From positions 32,001 through 96,000 of IMG/VR virus record IMGVR_UViG_3300025151_004231: 64,000 nucleotides of DNA. One strand, 5' to 3'. The notes beneath the pieces were generated by a model, which made no database searches, was not told the DNA's origin, and saw only the letters and a program-made list of their open reading frames with translations. This stretch comes from a virus. Below, one piece after another: positions 49,280 to 59,198 of the stretch. The position numbers were made by a program, and so were the translations under genes. How positions within the stretch are numbered: the stretch's first letter is position 1; each line of letters begins with the position of its first letter.

Positions 49280-49941
49280 ACGTTTCTTTCTTCCTTAGTT
49301 CTAATACCGTCCCACACTTCTTTGTCAAGCCAATGTTCGTCTACATATTTGACATATTTGTGATTAGCATCTTCCCAAATAAATTTCATTATATCTGGAT
49401 TGTCATATGCAACTGGAAAGTCTAAAACTTTACTTACATATCTTAGATAATAAGCCTTATGTAAAAAGAATGCTTCATGGTCTAAGAAATGCACATTATA
49501 GTCTAACAGATTTGTATAGTAATAGTCAAGTGCTATTGGAAGTGTTACTTCTTTTCTAACTCTTTTCTGTTGTTCTACGTTTATATTCTTATCTCTTACG
49601 ATTATACCTATCGTAACATCAATACCTAGTTTAATACATTCGTCTGCAAACTCTTTTATCTTGGGTACATAACGTGTGCCGTCATACATAAATGGACAAC
49701 TGACATTTGCTACCCAATAATCATGCTCACTAAAGTCAAAGTCTTTTAAACGTTCTGGATAAACCCAATACTCAGCAAATGTTTCTTCGTCACTAGGTAT
49801 CCAGTACTTGTCATTTAATTCTTTCCAACCACCTACTTTATCATGTAGACTAAACAGTCTACTGAATAAATGATTACCAGACCCTTGCGGACCTGTAATG
49901 ATTAAGATTTTCTTATTTGTGGTATCTTTGCTGTCCGACAT
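49276..49941 (-). CDS. P-loop / sulfotransferase-like protein
   Basis: GPQGSGNH, IVRD. Confidence 0.55.
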   Translation of the reverse strand: MSDSKDTTNKKILIITGPQGSGNHLFSRLFSLHDKVGGWKELNDKYWIPSDEETFAEYWVYPERLKDFDFSEHDYWVANVSCPFMYDGTRYVPKIKEFADECIKLGIDVTIGIIVRDKNINVEQQKRVRKEVTLPIALDYYYTNLLDYNVHFLDHEAFFLHKAYYLRYVSKVLDFPVAYDNPDIMKFIWEDANHKYVKYVDEHWLDKEVWDGIRTKEERNV

Positions 49942-50584
49942 ATGTTCTAATCTTTAATGGGTTAACTTCATCTGTAGGGCCTGTACCACTGTCTGGTGCC
50001 CATACAAACACGATGACATCTTCATCTTTGTCACAGATAAAGTTATGCAAACAATTTCTACGCATAAAAAATACTTCACCTTCATTGACATCATAGAATT
50101 CTTTATTGTCTAATTCTATCTTACCGTTGCCCTTGACTACTAATCCAACTCTGTGAGAAGGATGAGTGTGTAATGTCTGATACATGCCTGCAGGAAAATG
50201 CACATAGTTAATAACAGGATCACCTAATCTACCTGGATTGATTGCTGTAGTGTTTGTACCGCCGTCCATATAACTTAAGTTGCCTATGTCTAAGCATTCT
50301 TGTATAAAGATACGACTTTCTAATAAACTAAGTCCTGGAAACTCAACGATACAAGCAGAACTATCTTCATTACAAGATATTGTAAAGTTGTCTCCTGTAT
50401 TGACACATGCATTTTTCTTTGTTAATGTAATGTTATTGCTTTCAAAATTAGCATTTCTTAACATAACATATGCCATGCCAATCGGATTATACGTTTTAAC
50501 TTCATTGGCTTCTAATTTAATGATCGACATGTTGTAACGATCTTTTATATCTAATGTTCCAAAAACATTTACCATTCCTTTCAT
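49913..50584 (-). CDS. cupin domain protein
   Basis: QTLHTHPSHRVG, LHNF. Confidence 0.75.
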   Translation of the reverse strand: MKGMVNVFGTLDIKDRYNMSIIKLEANEVKTYNPIGMAYVMLRNANFESNNITLTKKNACVNTGDNFTISCNEDSSACIVEFPGLSLLESRIFIQECLDIGNLSYMDGGTNTTAINPGRLGDPVINYVHFPAGMYQTLHTHPSHRVGLVVKGNGKIELDNKEFYDVNEGEVFFMRRNCLHNFICDKDEDVIVFVWAPDSGTGPTDEVNPLKIRTYVGQQRYHK

Positions 50585-51360
50585 TCTAGTACTCCGTCTC
50601 GTCTCATTTGTTCACGTATTTTAGTTGCACTTATGTTATGTATTTCACGTTCAAACGTTTCTTGTTCAATCTTGTAACCTACATCTCTACCATAAGTAAT
50701 GTTTAATAAGTTCGGTACAACTGATATTTTTACTTTACCTGCATATTTGTATAAGACTTGTTGTAAATTCTCTGCAACTTCATATGCTGGGAAAGGATTG
50801 TTAATATCTATGGGCATATCTCTTACCATTAAAAAAACTTGCCCGTGTTTTGCTATTGCTCTGTCAAATAATGCTTGATGCCCACCGTGCCATGGTTGCC
50901 ATCTACCTAGCATTTGTGTTGTTGGCGCAGTATTATCCCATATGAATCTTTGCCCTATTTCATATGCAATAATTTTTGCATCTACATCACCACGTTTTTC
51001 GTGTATATTGTAGTCTGATACACAAGGTCTTTGAAACATATTATTAGTGTCTTCGTATTCACTTTCTTTTATAGTGTCTACAAATATTTCGTAGTCTGCA
51101 AAAAATTCATTTCTTGCATCTGTAAGCGGTGCAACAAAATCTGCTATTGCTATTTTACCATCGTCTTCTGCTTTTGTACACAGGTCAATCATACGTTGAT
51201 TCTGTCTTAATCTACCTTCTTCAGAAAAGTCCCAATCGTCTGCTTCTTCTCTGACTTTATCTGCGTTGAACCAAGCAACTTTGTCGCCTAAGTATGCAAC
51301 TAGTCGTTCTGCTAAATATGTTTTACCACTTCCGGGCAATCCAAATATTAATACTCTCAT
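50581..51360 (-). CDS. adenylyl-sulfate kinase-like domain fused to an HxGH nucleotidyltransferase
   Basis: GLPGSGKT, NADKVR, DFS..GR; GRWQPWHGGH, ISATKIR. Confidence 0.8.
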   Translation of the reverse strand: MRVLIFGLPGSGKTYLAERLVAYLGDKVAWFNADKVREEADDWDFSEEGRLRQNQRMIDLCTKAEDDGKIAIADFVAPLTDARNEFFADYEIFVDTIKESEYEDTNNMFQRPCVSDYNIHEKRGDVDAKIIAYEIGQRFIWDNTAPTTQMLGRWQPWHGGHQALFDRAIAKHGQVFLMVRDMPIDINNPFPAYEVAENLQQVLYKYAGKVKISVVPNLLNITYGRDVGYKIEQETFEREIHNISATKIREQMRRDGVLE

Positions 51361-51908
51361 AGTATAAAACTCCTAAGGTCATTGGGTAAAACAGGATCTT
51401 GCATTCTTTCAGGGTGCCAAACTAGTCCCCACAGTTTTCTATTTTTATGTCTAAATGCTTCGATGCTTCCATCATCTGCATGTGCGATAGCATTTAAATC
51501 TGAGCCAACTTCCTTTAACTGATTCATGTGAAAACTATTTACTTCGTACTTCTCATCTTCTAAAATAATTCCGTGAGTAGTATTGTAATGATTTTCTATT
51601 GTGCTATTAACTCCTTGCTCTAATTCGTTAATAAGAAATGCACCGTGACAAACTCCTAGTACAGGTTTGTCTTGTATATAACATTGCGTTAATACTTTTG
51701 TTTCGACTAGTATTCTTTGAGGACTTGCGTCTCCACCTGTTAAGATTACTAAGTCTAAATCTCTAACTAATTCTTTATAGTCTTGTTCTATTATATTAGG
51801 GATATAAAAAAACGTATGACCACTTAGTAGGTTGTACCAACCGTGTTCTAAGCAATCATACGCCACGTTGTTATAATGTAATATCCTCTGTGATAGACCG
51901 ATATTCAC
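51357..51908 (-). CDS. class I glutamine amidotransferase (peptidase C26-like)
   Basis: LTGG, GVCHG, VNSFH, WHPE. Confidence 0.88.
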   Translation of the reverse strand: MNIGLSQRILHYNNVAYDCLEHGWYNLLSGHTFFYIPNIIEQDYKELVRDLDLVILTGGDASPQRILVETKVLTQCYIQDKPVLGVCHGAFLINELEQGVNSTIENHYNTTHGIILEDEKYEVNSFHMNQLKEVGSDLNAIAHADDGSIEAFRHKNRKLWGLVWHPERMQDPVLPNDLRSFIL

Positions 51909-51921
51909 TACATACTTCTAC

Positions 51922-52620
51922 TTACCAACCGTATGCTTCTGATACTAATTTCTGTCCTTCTGCATTATGGCTAGTGTTTTTGCATGAAATTTCATACAAG
52001 TCTTTACGCATGTCAGCAACAAGTGCTTCAATACGTGCTTGAGTTTCTGCATCACCAACTAGAGTTTCAAGTTTCATTGCACCGATTGTGCTGTGAAAAC
52101 CTTCGTCTTTAGCAATTTTTGCATAACGTGTTGAGATGAACTCATCTTCGATGACATCTGCCATTGTGTTCCAAACTGCTTCTGCACGACCTTCAGCAAC
52201 TAACTGATAAGCGGCAAGTGCGGCTGGATCAGAATCAGCATCATACTTTTCTAAAAGGCTTGCACCTTTAGCAGTAGGCTTTGCTTCTTCAGCGGCGATT
52301 GCTTCTGCAACATCGATCTCTTCGCCTTTGATATGCTCAATGACTTCTTTTACTAAACGAAAATGAATTGCTTCATCGTTTGCTTGTTTAGTTAAGTTTT
52401 GAAGTTCGATAGGGTCTGCATCAGCAGGCATAGATGCAATGTTATTGCTAATCTCTACCATGTTCATTCTTTCATTAACCATACGTCCAACAAAGTGTTC
52501 TACCAACGCATCCTCGTCAGGCATGTTGTCGAAATACTCTGCAACGTTAAGTTGACTTGCTTTGAATAATGCTTGATTGCCTTCGACAATACTAGCAACA
52601 AATTCTTTGTTTGATTTCAT
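51922..52620 (-). CDS. ferritin-like diiron protein
   Basis: NE, DEAIH, AE, DEGFH four-helix ligand pattern; AAGGAG RBS. Confidence 0.78.
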   Translation of the reverse strand: MKSNKEFVASIVEGNQALFKASQLNVAEYFDNMPDEDALVEHFVGRMVNERMNMVEISNNIASMPADADPIELQNLTKQANDEAIHFRLVKEVIEHIKGEEIDVAEAIAAEEAKPTAKGASLLEKYDADSDPAALAAYQLVAEGRAEAVWNTMADVIEDEFISTRYAKIAKDEGFHSTIGAMKLETLVGDAETQARIEALVADMRKDLYEISCKNTSHNAEGQKLVSEAYGW

Positions 52621-52754
52621 ATTATTCTCCTTAAGGGTTGTAGTAATTAAAATAATCACTACTAGTATTTATCTCTAGGATTGAGAAAAATATACGCACT
52701 TCACAAAAATTATAAATATATTTATACAATTTACAGTAAGGATAAAAAAATTCG

Positions 52755-53498
52755 ATGAATAGCAAAATTTTTAACTTGGTTATGGAAAATTTAGATGAGG
52801 CACTGAACTTACCTAAATACGATCACATCAGAACTAATCTTAATGAAAAGACTACGTTTGAAGAAATGGCTATCACTCCAGTCAAGTTCGATAAGTTCAA
52901 AGAAGATATCTTAACGACAATGGACTTAGATGCAAAAATCAGATGGGAAGGCACTATTGAATCTGTTGTTGATCAACTAGACATCAAATACTCTAGTATG
53001 TTTTTCGGTGAGATTTGGAAGCCACAGACAGAAATATATAGTTATACAGGCTGGCAGTTAGTTGATGAAGTTAAGAAACTTAATCCTAAAGCAGTATTAG
53101 ACGTAGGTTGTGGCTACAATCAATTTAAAGAACGTATACCAAATTTAATCGGCATTGATCCTTATAACAACATGTCAGATTATCAAGTTGATGTTTTAGA
53201 ATATGCAAACGTTGACGAACACTTTGATGCAATAATTGCATTAGGATCTATTAACTTTAATAGTATTGAAGATATTAGAGTGAGATTAGCAAACTGTAAT
53301 AAGTTACTTGCTAAAGGTGGTAAGATGTTCTTTAGAGTCAATCCAGGTATTCAACATAAGAACGGGCCTTGGGTAGAAGTATTTGAGTGGAGTTTTGAAG
53401 TTGCTCACAACTTTGCTAAAGAGTTTGGATTAGAACTAGAGACGTTCAAACAAGATGCTAATGACAGAAAGTATTTTGTTTACAGTAAACCTGCTTAA
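52755..53498 (+). CDS. class I SAM-dependent methyltransferase with N-terminal helical domain
   Basis: VLDVGCG, GIDPY, FD..IALGSINF. Confidence 0.82.
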   Translation: MNSKIFNLVMENLDEALNLPKYDHIRTNLNEKTTFEEMAITPVKFDKFKEDILTTMDLDAKIRWEGTIESVVDQLDIKYSSMFFGEIWKPQTEIYSYTGWQLVDEVKKLNPKAVLDVGCGYNQFKERIPNLIGIDPYNNMSDYQVDVLEYANVDEHFDAIIALGSINFNSIEDIRVRLANCNKLLAKGGKMFFRVNPGIQHKNGPWVEVFEWSFEVAHNFAKEFGLELETFKQDANDRKYFVYSKPA

Positions 53499-53689
53499 CC
53501 TCGTTTAACTAAACGTAAACTTCCTATTCTATAGTCAGGAATATTATACATCTTTTTCATTAATTGTCTTGCTTCAAAATGTGTTTGAGCAGAGACAGTG
53601 AAGTCCATGTTGCCTGTGTATCCCGGTTGTTGTACAAACACAGTTGCGGCATAAAGATGATATGGCTTGACAACTTCAGATGCTCTCAT
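53495..53689 (-). CDS. small hypothetical protein
   Basis: MRASEVV N-terminus; operon packing. Confidence 0.65.
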   Translation of the reverse strand: MRASEVVKPYHLYAATVFVQQPGYTGNMDFTVSAQTHFEARQLMKKMYNIPDYRIGSLRLVKRG

Positions 53690-53690
53690 C

Positions 53691-54005
53691 TTACTTCTTC
53701 GGCTTGTTGCTTACGTTCTTTGCTTTACCCCTGCGATTCTTATTAGGGTCATTCTTTTTCTTTCTTTTTACAGCATTAGCAATTGCTTTCTTGCCACCAG
53801 AGTTACGTAAACTTGCGGCTTTACTTTTAGATAAACACTTAGGTTTGCCTTTGCCTTTACCATCACCGCATTTACCTACACGTTCGCCTTTGGTATTGTA
53901 TCTATCCCAACCACCGCCTCCGGCACCACCGTCTTTGCCTTTGCCGAACCAGGCTCGTAAATCTTCTTGGATAATTGACTCAGTTAGAATTTCATTAATA
54001 CGCAT
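53691..54005 (-). CDS. basic hypothetical protein with capsid-targeting-like tag
   Basis: MRINEILTE; DLRAWFGKG, GKCG, PKCL. Confidence 0.75.
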   Translation of the reverse strand: MRINEILTESIIQEDLRAWFGKGKDGGAGGGGWDRYNTKGERVGKCGDGKGKGKPKCLSKSKAASLRNSGGKKAIANAVKRKKKNDPNKNRRGKAKNVSNKPKK

Positions 54006-54925
54006 TATTTTTTCTTCTTTTTCTTTCCGCCAGTGCCCCAATTACTCGCACCAACTTTACGACACTTAACTAAAGCACCAGATGCGTATGCACTAGGCCA
54101 TACTTTATATCTGCTTTTGACTTTGTGATAACAAGCATCTTTTTTGCCTGCGGCTTCATCAAACTGTTCTTCTGTAATCATTTCTCCCGCTTCTTCATCT
54201 TCATAGATACTTTTTTCTAATTTGCCATGTTTCGGCGTGAAGAACGTTAACAGTTTGTCAAACTTTTCTTTGCTCATAATAGCCACTTGTTGCAGTCTTT
54301 CTCTATCTTGTGGCTTGACGTTCATGTACATTTGCATGAACTCATTGATATCTTTTAATGGTAGTATATGTTCTGACCCGTCTAAGAATTTGATTGGGTG
54401 ATCGCCGTCTACATCTTGTGCTTTTCTTAATTGCATTAAGATATGCTGTACTTTGTCTTTATCAGGATCTTCTGGCTTTTCCTCTTCTTCGTCATCATCG
54501 TCATCGTGTCTTTTCTTGCGTTTTGCTTCGTCAATTTCGTCCCAAGCAAATGCTTCTGATAAGCCAGATAATCTTTTGATATCTTCTAATGCCTCATCGA
54601 CTTTAGGATCATTACGTTTTTTGCTAATAACTTCTCCTGTGTCTCCGCATGATGCACAACCTTCTCCCTTACAACTAGGACATACTTGAGGATTGCCCCC
54701 TTCTGGTTTTGTGTGACCATGTGCTGGGTCATACTTTTTTAATTCTTTATTTTGACTGTGTTTACTACTTGTTGTAGGGCCTCTGTTAACGCCTTTACCT
54801 TCGTATGTGTTAGTATCACTACGAGCATCACTAGCAATACCCATTACCATGCCTGGAGAACCGTCACCTTTGTATGAGTTTTCACTCAAATAGTTTAATC
54901 CTGCTGTCTTTTTATACTTGTCCAT
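54005..54925 (-). CDS. hypothetical late protein
   Basis: CPSCKGEGCASC, LEDIKRLSG, KKDACYHKVKSRYKVWPSAYASG. Confidence 0.78.
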   Translation of the reverse strand: MDKYKKTAGLNYLSENSYKGDGSPGMVMGIASDARSDTNTYEGKGVNRGPTTSSKHSQNKELKKYDPAHGHTKPEGGNPQVCPSCKGEGCASCGDTGEVISKKRNDPKVDEALEDIKRLSGLSEAFAWDEIDEAKRKKRHDDDDDEEEEKPEDPDKDKVQHILMQLRKAQDVDGDHPIKFLDGSEHILPLKDINEFMQMYMNVKPQDRERLQQVAIMSKEKFDKLLTFFTPKHGKLEKSIYEDEEAGEMITEEQFDEAAGKKDACYHKVKSRYKVWPSAYASGALVKCRKVGASNWGTGGKKKKKK

Positions 54926-54930
54926 AATAG

Positions 54931-54936
54931 TATTTA
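54931..54936 (-). promoter_or_regulatory. TAAATA late-promoter-like motif (representative copy)
   Basis: also at 91, 2499, 5089, 10511, 17929, 19453, 21011, 28452, 29198, 34029, 42418 (-) and 22779, 47241 (+), at or near gene boundaries; resembles T4 TATAAATA. Confidence 0.7.
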
Positions 54937-54940
54937 TCTC

Positions 54941-56563
54941 TTAATTGCTTAGTTTCTTTTCTATGTACTTATTGATAAAAGCCTCTTGTCTATCTAAATC
55001 ATCATTACCATATGGCTCAATATTCTTATTAAATATGTCGTCTATTGTATATTTATTTGTAGAGAGATATCTGTGATAATAAAACACGCCTGGCCCGATG
55101 TCTTGTTTAAGTTCGTCATCATGTACAACTTCTTCAAATATTTTAAATGCTTCCCAAATATTCATAGTATCATGTTGCCATTTTAAATATGCATTAGATT
55201 CTAATGGTAATGCAAAATGTGCTGTTTCTTCGTCTAACTCAGAAAAGTCAACTCCCATTTCTTCGTTTGTAGTCTCTCTAATTACGCCTTCTTCTCTCCA
55301 TGTTCTTTCAAATACTGAATTCTGAACAGACAGCATATTTGCAATTGTTCCACCTGCAATGTACAATGGCGATATTGAATATGCACCTATATCTAAGTTT
55401 TCTTTTACCCACTTCAATCCTTCAAAAAACGTTTCTCTTGTTTCTCCCGGTAAGCCAATAATCATAGATGTCTGACAACGATAAGGTCCTCTGTCTTTGA
55501 ACCATTGTTGCATTTTAATCATGCCTTCTTTTAAAACTTCAGGCTTCATTCCTTTACCTACATAAGAACCTGCTTGCCGATTCAATGTTTCTAACCCATA
55601 ATAATGTGTGTGTAAACCCATATCCCAAATATCTTGCCAAGTCTCAGGGTGTGCTATCATTAAGTCTGCTCTCATAAAGCCTTGCAACTTTAACTTGAAG
55701 GGTAAAGTTTTTATAAGTTTTGCATACTTTGCTAATTTCTCTGGTGAGTCATTAATCGTTTCATCGTTGACTGAATAAGTATCGATTCCCCAACGTTCAT
55801 AATTTTCAATAAGTTCTTCTCTAAGACTATCAATACATCTACTAAAATCTCCCCTAACTCCTAAGACAGGAAACGAACAGAATTTACATTTAAACTTACA
55901 CCCACGAGATAATTCTAATGACAATACTTCTTGTGGTTGTATATAGTCTCTATCTTCATATGAAACATTAGCATTGGGCATAGGGTAAGCAGGATAATCT
56001 TTTGTGGCTTCTACTATGTTGATTGGTACGCCTCTATATAATTGTTTTGTCATTTGCAACATATTGAATTCTTTTTTAAAGTATTTTAACAATTCAGTAA
56101 TTGCATATTCTCCGTAACCAGTAACATAATAATCTAAATCATATTCTATTAATGCAGATATGTTATGAGATCCTCCCACAAAAGGTATGTTAGGATACAT
56201 TTCTTTAAGTCTTTTTATAGTCTGAAGCATTTCTGCTACTTTTGCATTTGCTTTTTTATCTTTTCCCATAACTCCATAACTTAATGGGAACAAAACAGAA
56301 AGACCTATGCATATAGTATCTTCTCTAACTCGTTGATGAAAGAATTTTAATATTTGTATTGGTGACCATGCTGGCCAAAAGTCTAAGACTTCGACATCAT
56401 AACCTTCGTTTCTTAGATATGAAGCAATGCGATGTGCGCCGTGGGCTCGTTTGACACTTGGCCATACTGACGAGTTTAAATCATCACTTGCACTTTGGAT
56501 AACGTCAGCCGCATCGTGCCTATCGAAGGATCCACCTAAGATAATCATGTGACCTTTAGACAT
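54941..56563 (-). CDS. B12-binding-type radical SAM protein
   Basis: ELSRGCKFKCKFC, DETIND, GLETLN, IIGLPGET; N-terminal B12-like domain (GYGE). Confidence 0.85.
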   Translation of the reverse strand: MSKGHMIILGGSFDRHDAADVIQSASDDLNSSVWPSVKRAHGAHRIASYLRNEGYDVEVLDFWPAWSPIQILKFFHQRVREDTICIGLSVLFPLSYGVMGKDKKANAKVAEMLQTIKRLKEMYPNIPFVGGSHNISALIEYDLDYYVTGYGEYAITELLKYFKKEFNMLQMTKQLYRGVPINIVEATKDYPAYPMPNANVSYEDRDYIQPQEVLSLELSRGCKFKCKFCSFPVLGVRGDFSRCIDSLREELIENYERWGIDTYSVNDETINDSPEKLAKYAKLIKTLPFKLKLQGFMRADLMIAHPETWQDIWDMGLHTHYYGLETLNRQAGSYVGKGMKPEVLKEGMIKMQQWFKDRGPYRCQTSMIIGLPGETRETFFEGLKWVKENLDIGAYSISPLYIAGGTIANMLSVQNSVFERTWREEGVIRETTNEEMGVDFSELDEETAHFALPLESNAYLKWQHDTMNIWEAFKIFEEVVHDDELKQDIGPGVFYYHRYLSTNKYTIDDIFNKNIEPYGNDDLDRQEAFINKYIEKKLSN

Positions 56564-56564
56564 A

Positions 56565-57191
56565 TTAGTTCTTCAGTGTGCCGATGTTAGGAACGTAATT
56601 GTTTCCTGTTTCATCGATGAGTCCGTTTATTAGTTCTTGTATCATCTCATCGTTGAGATGGCGCCTACGCATTTCACTAGATTTAAATCTTCCCCATAGA
56701 TGTACTTCAACTGGAACGTCTCCGTCAACTTCATCTACTGCATACATTCTATGTCTTCCTTCATGTCCTGTGACCTTCGCAGGCTGTGATAGATCGCCTT
56801 CTTCCCACTCGTCGGGTATTACAATAGATAAGAAAGGACTTGCAATAGGAACGCCCTTACGAACTTTATCAACTAAATCTTCATATTGTGAACTACGCAT
56901 ATCTCTTGGTAAACTTAATGCTAACTTATGAAATGTAGAGGGCTTCATCATAACACGAATACCAAAATAGTCTGGTTGTCCACCTGTATTATTCGGAACG
57001 ACACCCAATCCTTTTTCATTATCTAAGTTGTATTCATCTAATGCTGATACACCTGCGGGAACAGGCGTGTCTGTAGGCAAAAAGAATTTATGTTTACCTT
57101 TAGATGCTTTTTTAAGTTTGTAGGCAGGCATTGTTTTATAATCAGGTATCCCTGCAAAGCCCATCTCACTTAAAAATTCTCTTGCTCTCAT
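56565..57191 (-). CDS. ParB/Srx-like domain protein with capsid-targeting-like tag
   Basis: MRAREFLSE; PFL, GHEGRHR. Confidence 0.6.
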   Translation of the reverse strand: MRAREFLSEMGFAGIPDYKTMPAYKLKKASKGKHKFFLPTDTPVPAGVSALDEYNLDNEKGLGVVPNNTGGQPDYFGIRVMMKPSTFHKLALSLPRDMRSSQYEDLVDKVRKGVPIASPFLSIVIPDEWEEGDLSQPAKVTGHEGRHRMYAVDEVDGDVPVEVHLWGRFKSSEMRRRHLNDEMIQELINGLIDETGNNYVPNIGTLKN

Positions 57192-58624
57192 ATGTTTTGT
57201 GCCAAATCTCTGTCATGCGTTGCATCATATGTTGCGGCGTATAGTTCATCATAGTTGGCCGCTAATACATCATTACTAGGTGTAGTAAATTCATGCTCAA
57301 ACTTATTTATGATCGATCTTTGAATTGGTCCGTCTAATATATCTCCTACTAGATAATGATTTTTCATCTTTAAGACTTCATGGAACATTCTTCTGTCATT
57401 GTATATTGATGCAGACAATATATTATCATTAGTAGTAATCATACGTGTATATAATTTAGGCGTAGTTACCATTAAAAAGCCTTCTTCAAATGTTTTTCGT
57501 TTTTCTTTCCACAAATAGGGTTTTTCTTGTATATGTTCTTTGAAGTATTCTCTCATAAATGCTGTAACATACGTGTCAGTTGTTATCCAATTATTGTCTG
57601 AAGGTAACGAATACGTAACTCCATAGTGACTTCTTTTACTATCTATTTCAGAATGAAGTTTTTGTTTCATTTTTATTGTGTCAGGTTCATAGTATGTCAA
57701 ACATAATAACAACATGTGAGGTTTAAAATCTCTGACAAACATTTCATTACCGTTAACACCATACATAACAATGTCAGGCTTTTGTTCTTGCATTGCTATT
57801 TGTTTACTAGTGGGTAATATTGATTGCCAACGACATGAAGAATCAGTAAGATATTGTATGCATCCTTCTCTGTTTTCTGCTGTGTGCCATGTATAATGAT
57901 GTGTATTAGGATATCTCTGTTCCTGCTCTTTGATACATCTTAAATGTACTGCTCCGGCATCACATGGAGAAATATCATATAGAAGTTGTAGATCATCGTA
58001 GAAAAATAATGACTGAACACAAGAATCTATGCCTTCACTAAGTGAACAATATCGTACTGGATATTTTGCTTTGATAATTTCTGCATGAGATTTCATGCAT
58101 TCATAGACGTACTCAGTAAGTTCTTCTTGGTCCCATATCTCTTGTTCATACGCATCTTTTGCATCTTGTAAGTAATCATATGGGGGAATAAAAGATTTGA
58201 TGTGATCGTAAAATGTTTCATCTGCATCAAATTCTCGTTCATGTTTTAATTTTGTACCATCGAATGCAGTAGTGTTTGTAATGTCTTCTTCTTTGATAGT
58301 CATGTATGGTAGATAATTTGTAATTTCTATTCCATACTTGTCCGACAAAAATATTTTATGATTTTGAAAATAGTCTAATGCTAATTCGTAGTCAGTGTGA
58401 GTGAGTTTTATTGCAAAGAAGTTACCGTTTGCTTCAGTAAAACTAAAGTTTTCACATACTTCTCTAATGTCACCTTCAATTAAATAACCAGTATATAATA
58501 CAATAAAGTCTTCGCCTTCATATATCTCAACATCGTCTTCACGTATATAATACCAATCACCGAAACGTTCTATTGTCCAGGGCTTTGTAAATTTAGTTCT
58601 GTCCTTACAAAGAAAAAATCTCAT
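57188..58624 (-). CDS. asparagine synthetase-like (PP-loop) protein
   Basis: NGNF, SLSEGIDS, MYGVNGNE. Confidence 0.6.
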   Translation of the reverse strand: MRFFLCKDRTKFTKPWTIERFGDWYYIREDDVEIYEGEDFIVLYTGYLIEGDIREVCENFSFTEANGNFFAIKLTHTDYELALDYFQNHKIFLSDKYGIEITNYLPYMTIKEEDITNTTAFDGTKLKHEREFDADETFYDHIKSFIPPYDYLQDAKDAYEQEIWDQEELTEYVYECMKSHAEIIKAKYPVRYCSLSEGIDSCVQSLFFYDDLQLLYDISPCDAGAVHLRCIKEQEQRYPNTHHYTWHTAENREGCIQYLTDSSCRWQSILPTSKQIAMQEQKPDIVMYGVNGNEMFVRDFKPHMLLLCLTYYEPDTIKMKQKLHSEIDSKRSHYGVTYSLPSDNNWITTDTYVTAFMREYFKEHIQEKPYLWKEKRKTFEEGFLMVTTPKLYTRMITTNDNILSASIYNDRRMFHEVLKMKNHYLVGDILDGPIQRSIINKFEHEFTTPSNDVLAANYDELYAATYDATHDRDLAQNI

Positions 58625-59197
58625 TTATCCCCAGCCAAAGTCTGCATCGTTTTCTTGTGCGAATTTAACTATTTTAATTAATTGATCTATGTACTGAGTT
58701 ATTTGTCTGTCACTAGTGCCACCGTGATACATCATCGGACTCGTTCTTCCTATTCTATCCATACCTTCTCGGTCTTTGTATGTACCTATTTTACCACCTG
58801 TTAAAGATCCTGGCTCAGTATATTGTGATGTGTCTGCGTTCTTTAAGAATATAAGTCTTTTCATAAGAGCAGGCAAGTCTTTATTATCTACGTGTCCTGC
58901 ATAATCTTGTTCTAATCCTAACATATCAATGATTTTAAATCCATTAGAATTACTGACATTCATTTCAGGAGCATCACTTACAAACTCAAGGTTTTGACCT
59001 TTACCCTCGCAGTAATCACAGACCGCTTCATCGTAATATTTGTCTTTACCTGTACCATCACAAACCCAACAATCTACATTTTTGCGTTCACCAAAGTGAC
59101 TCATATCATGTATGGTTTTGCCTCTATCATCAACATAGGACTTCGTCACTGAAAAATCAATGCTCTCGTTCAGTTTTCTGAAGTCCCTTGATTTCAT
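58625..59197 (-). CDS. hypothetical protein with DnaJ-type zinc finger
   Basis: CWVCDGTG, CDYCEGKG. Confidence 0.7.
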   Translation of the reverse strand: MKSRDFRKLNESIDFSVTKSYVDDRGKTIHDMSHFGERKNVDCWVCDGTGKDKYYDEAVCDYCEGKGQNLEFVSDAPEMNVSNSNGFKIIDMLGLEQDYAGHVDNKDLPALMKRLIFLKNADTSQYTEPGSLTGGKIGTYKDREGMDRIGRTSPMMYHGGTSDRQITQYIDQLIKIVKFAQENDADFGWG

Positions 59198-59198
59198 A

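Noticed and set aside
57188-58624. Calling this gene queC
   Set aside because: Has a PP-loop-like motif but lacks the QueC C-terminal Cys zinc motif and is about twice the usual length
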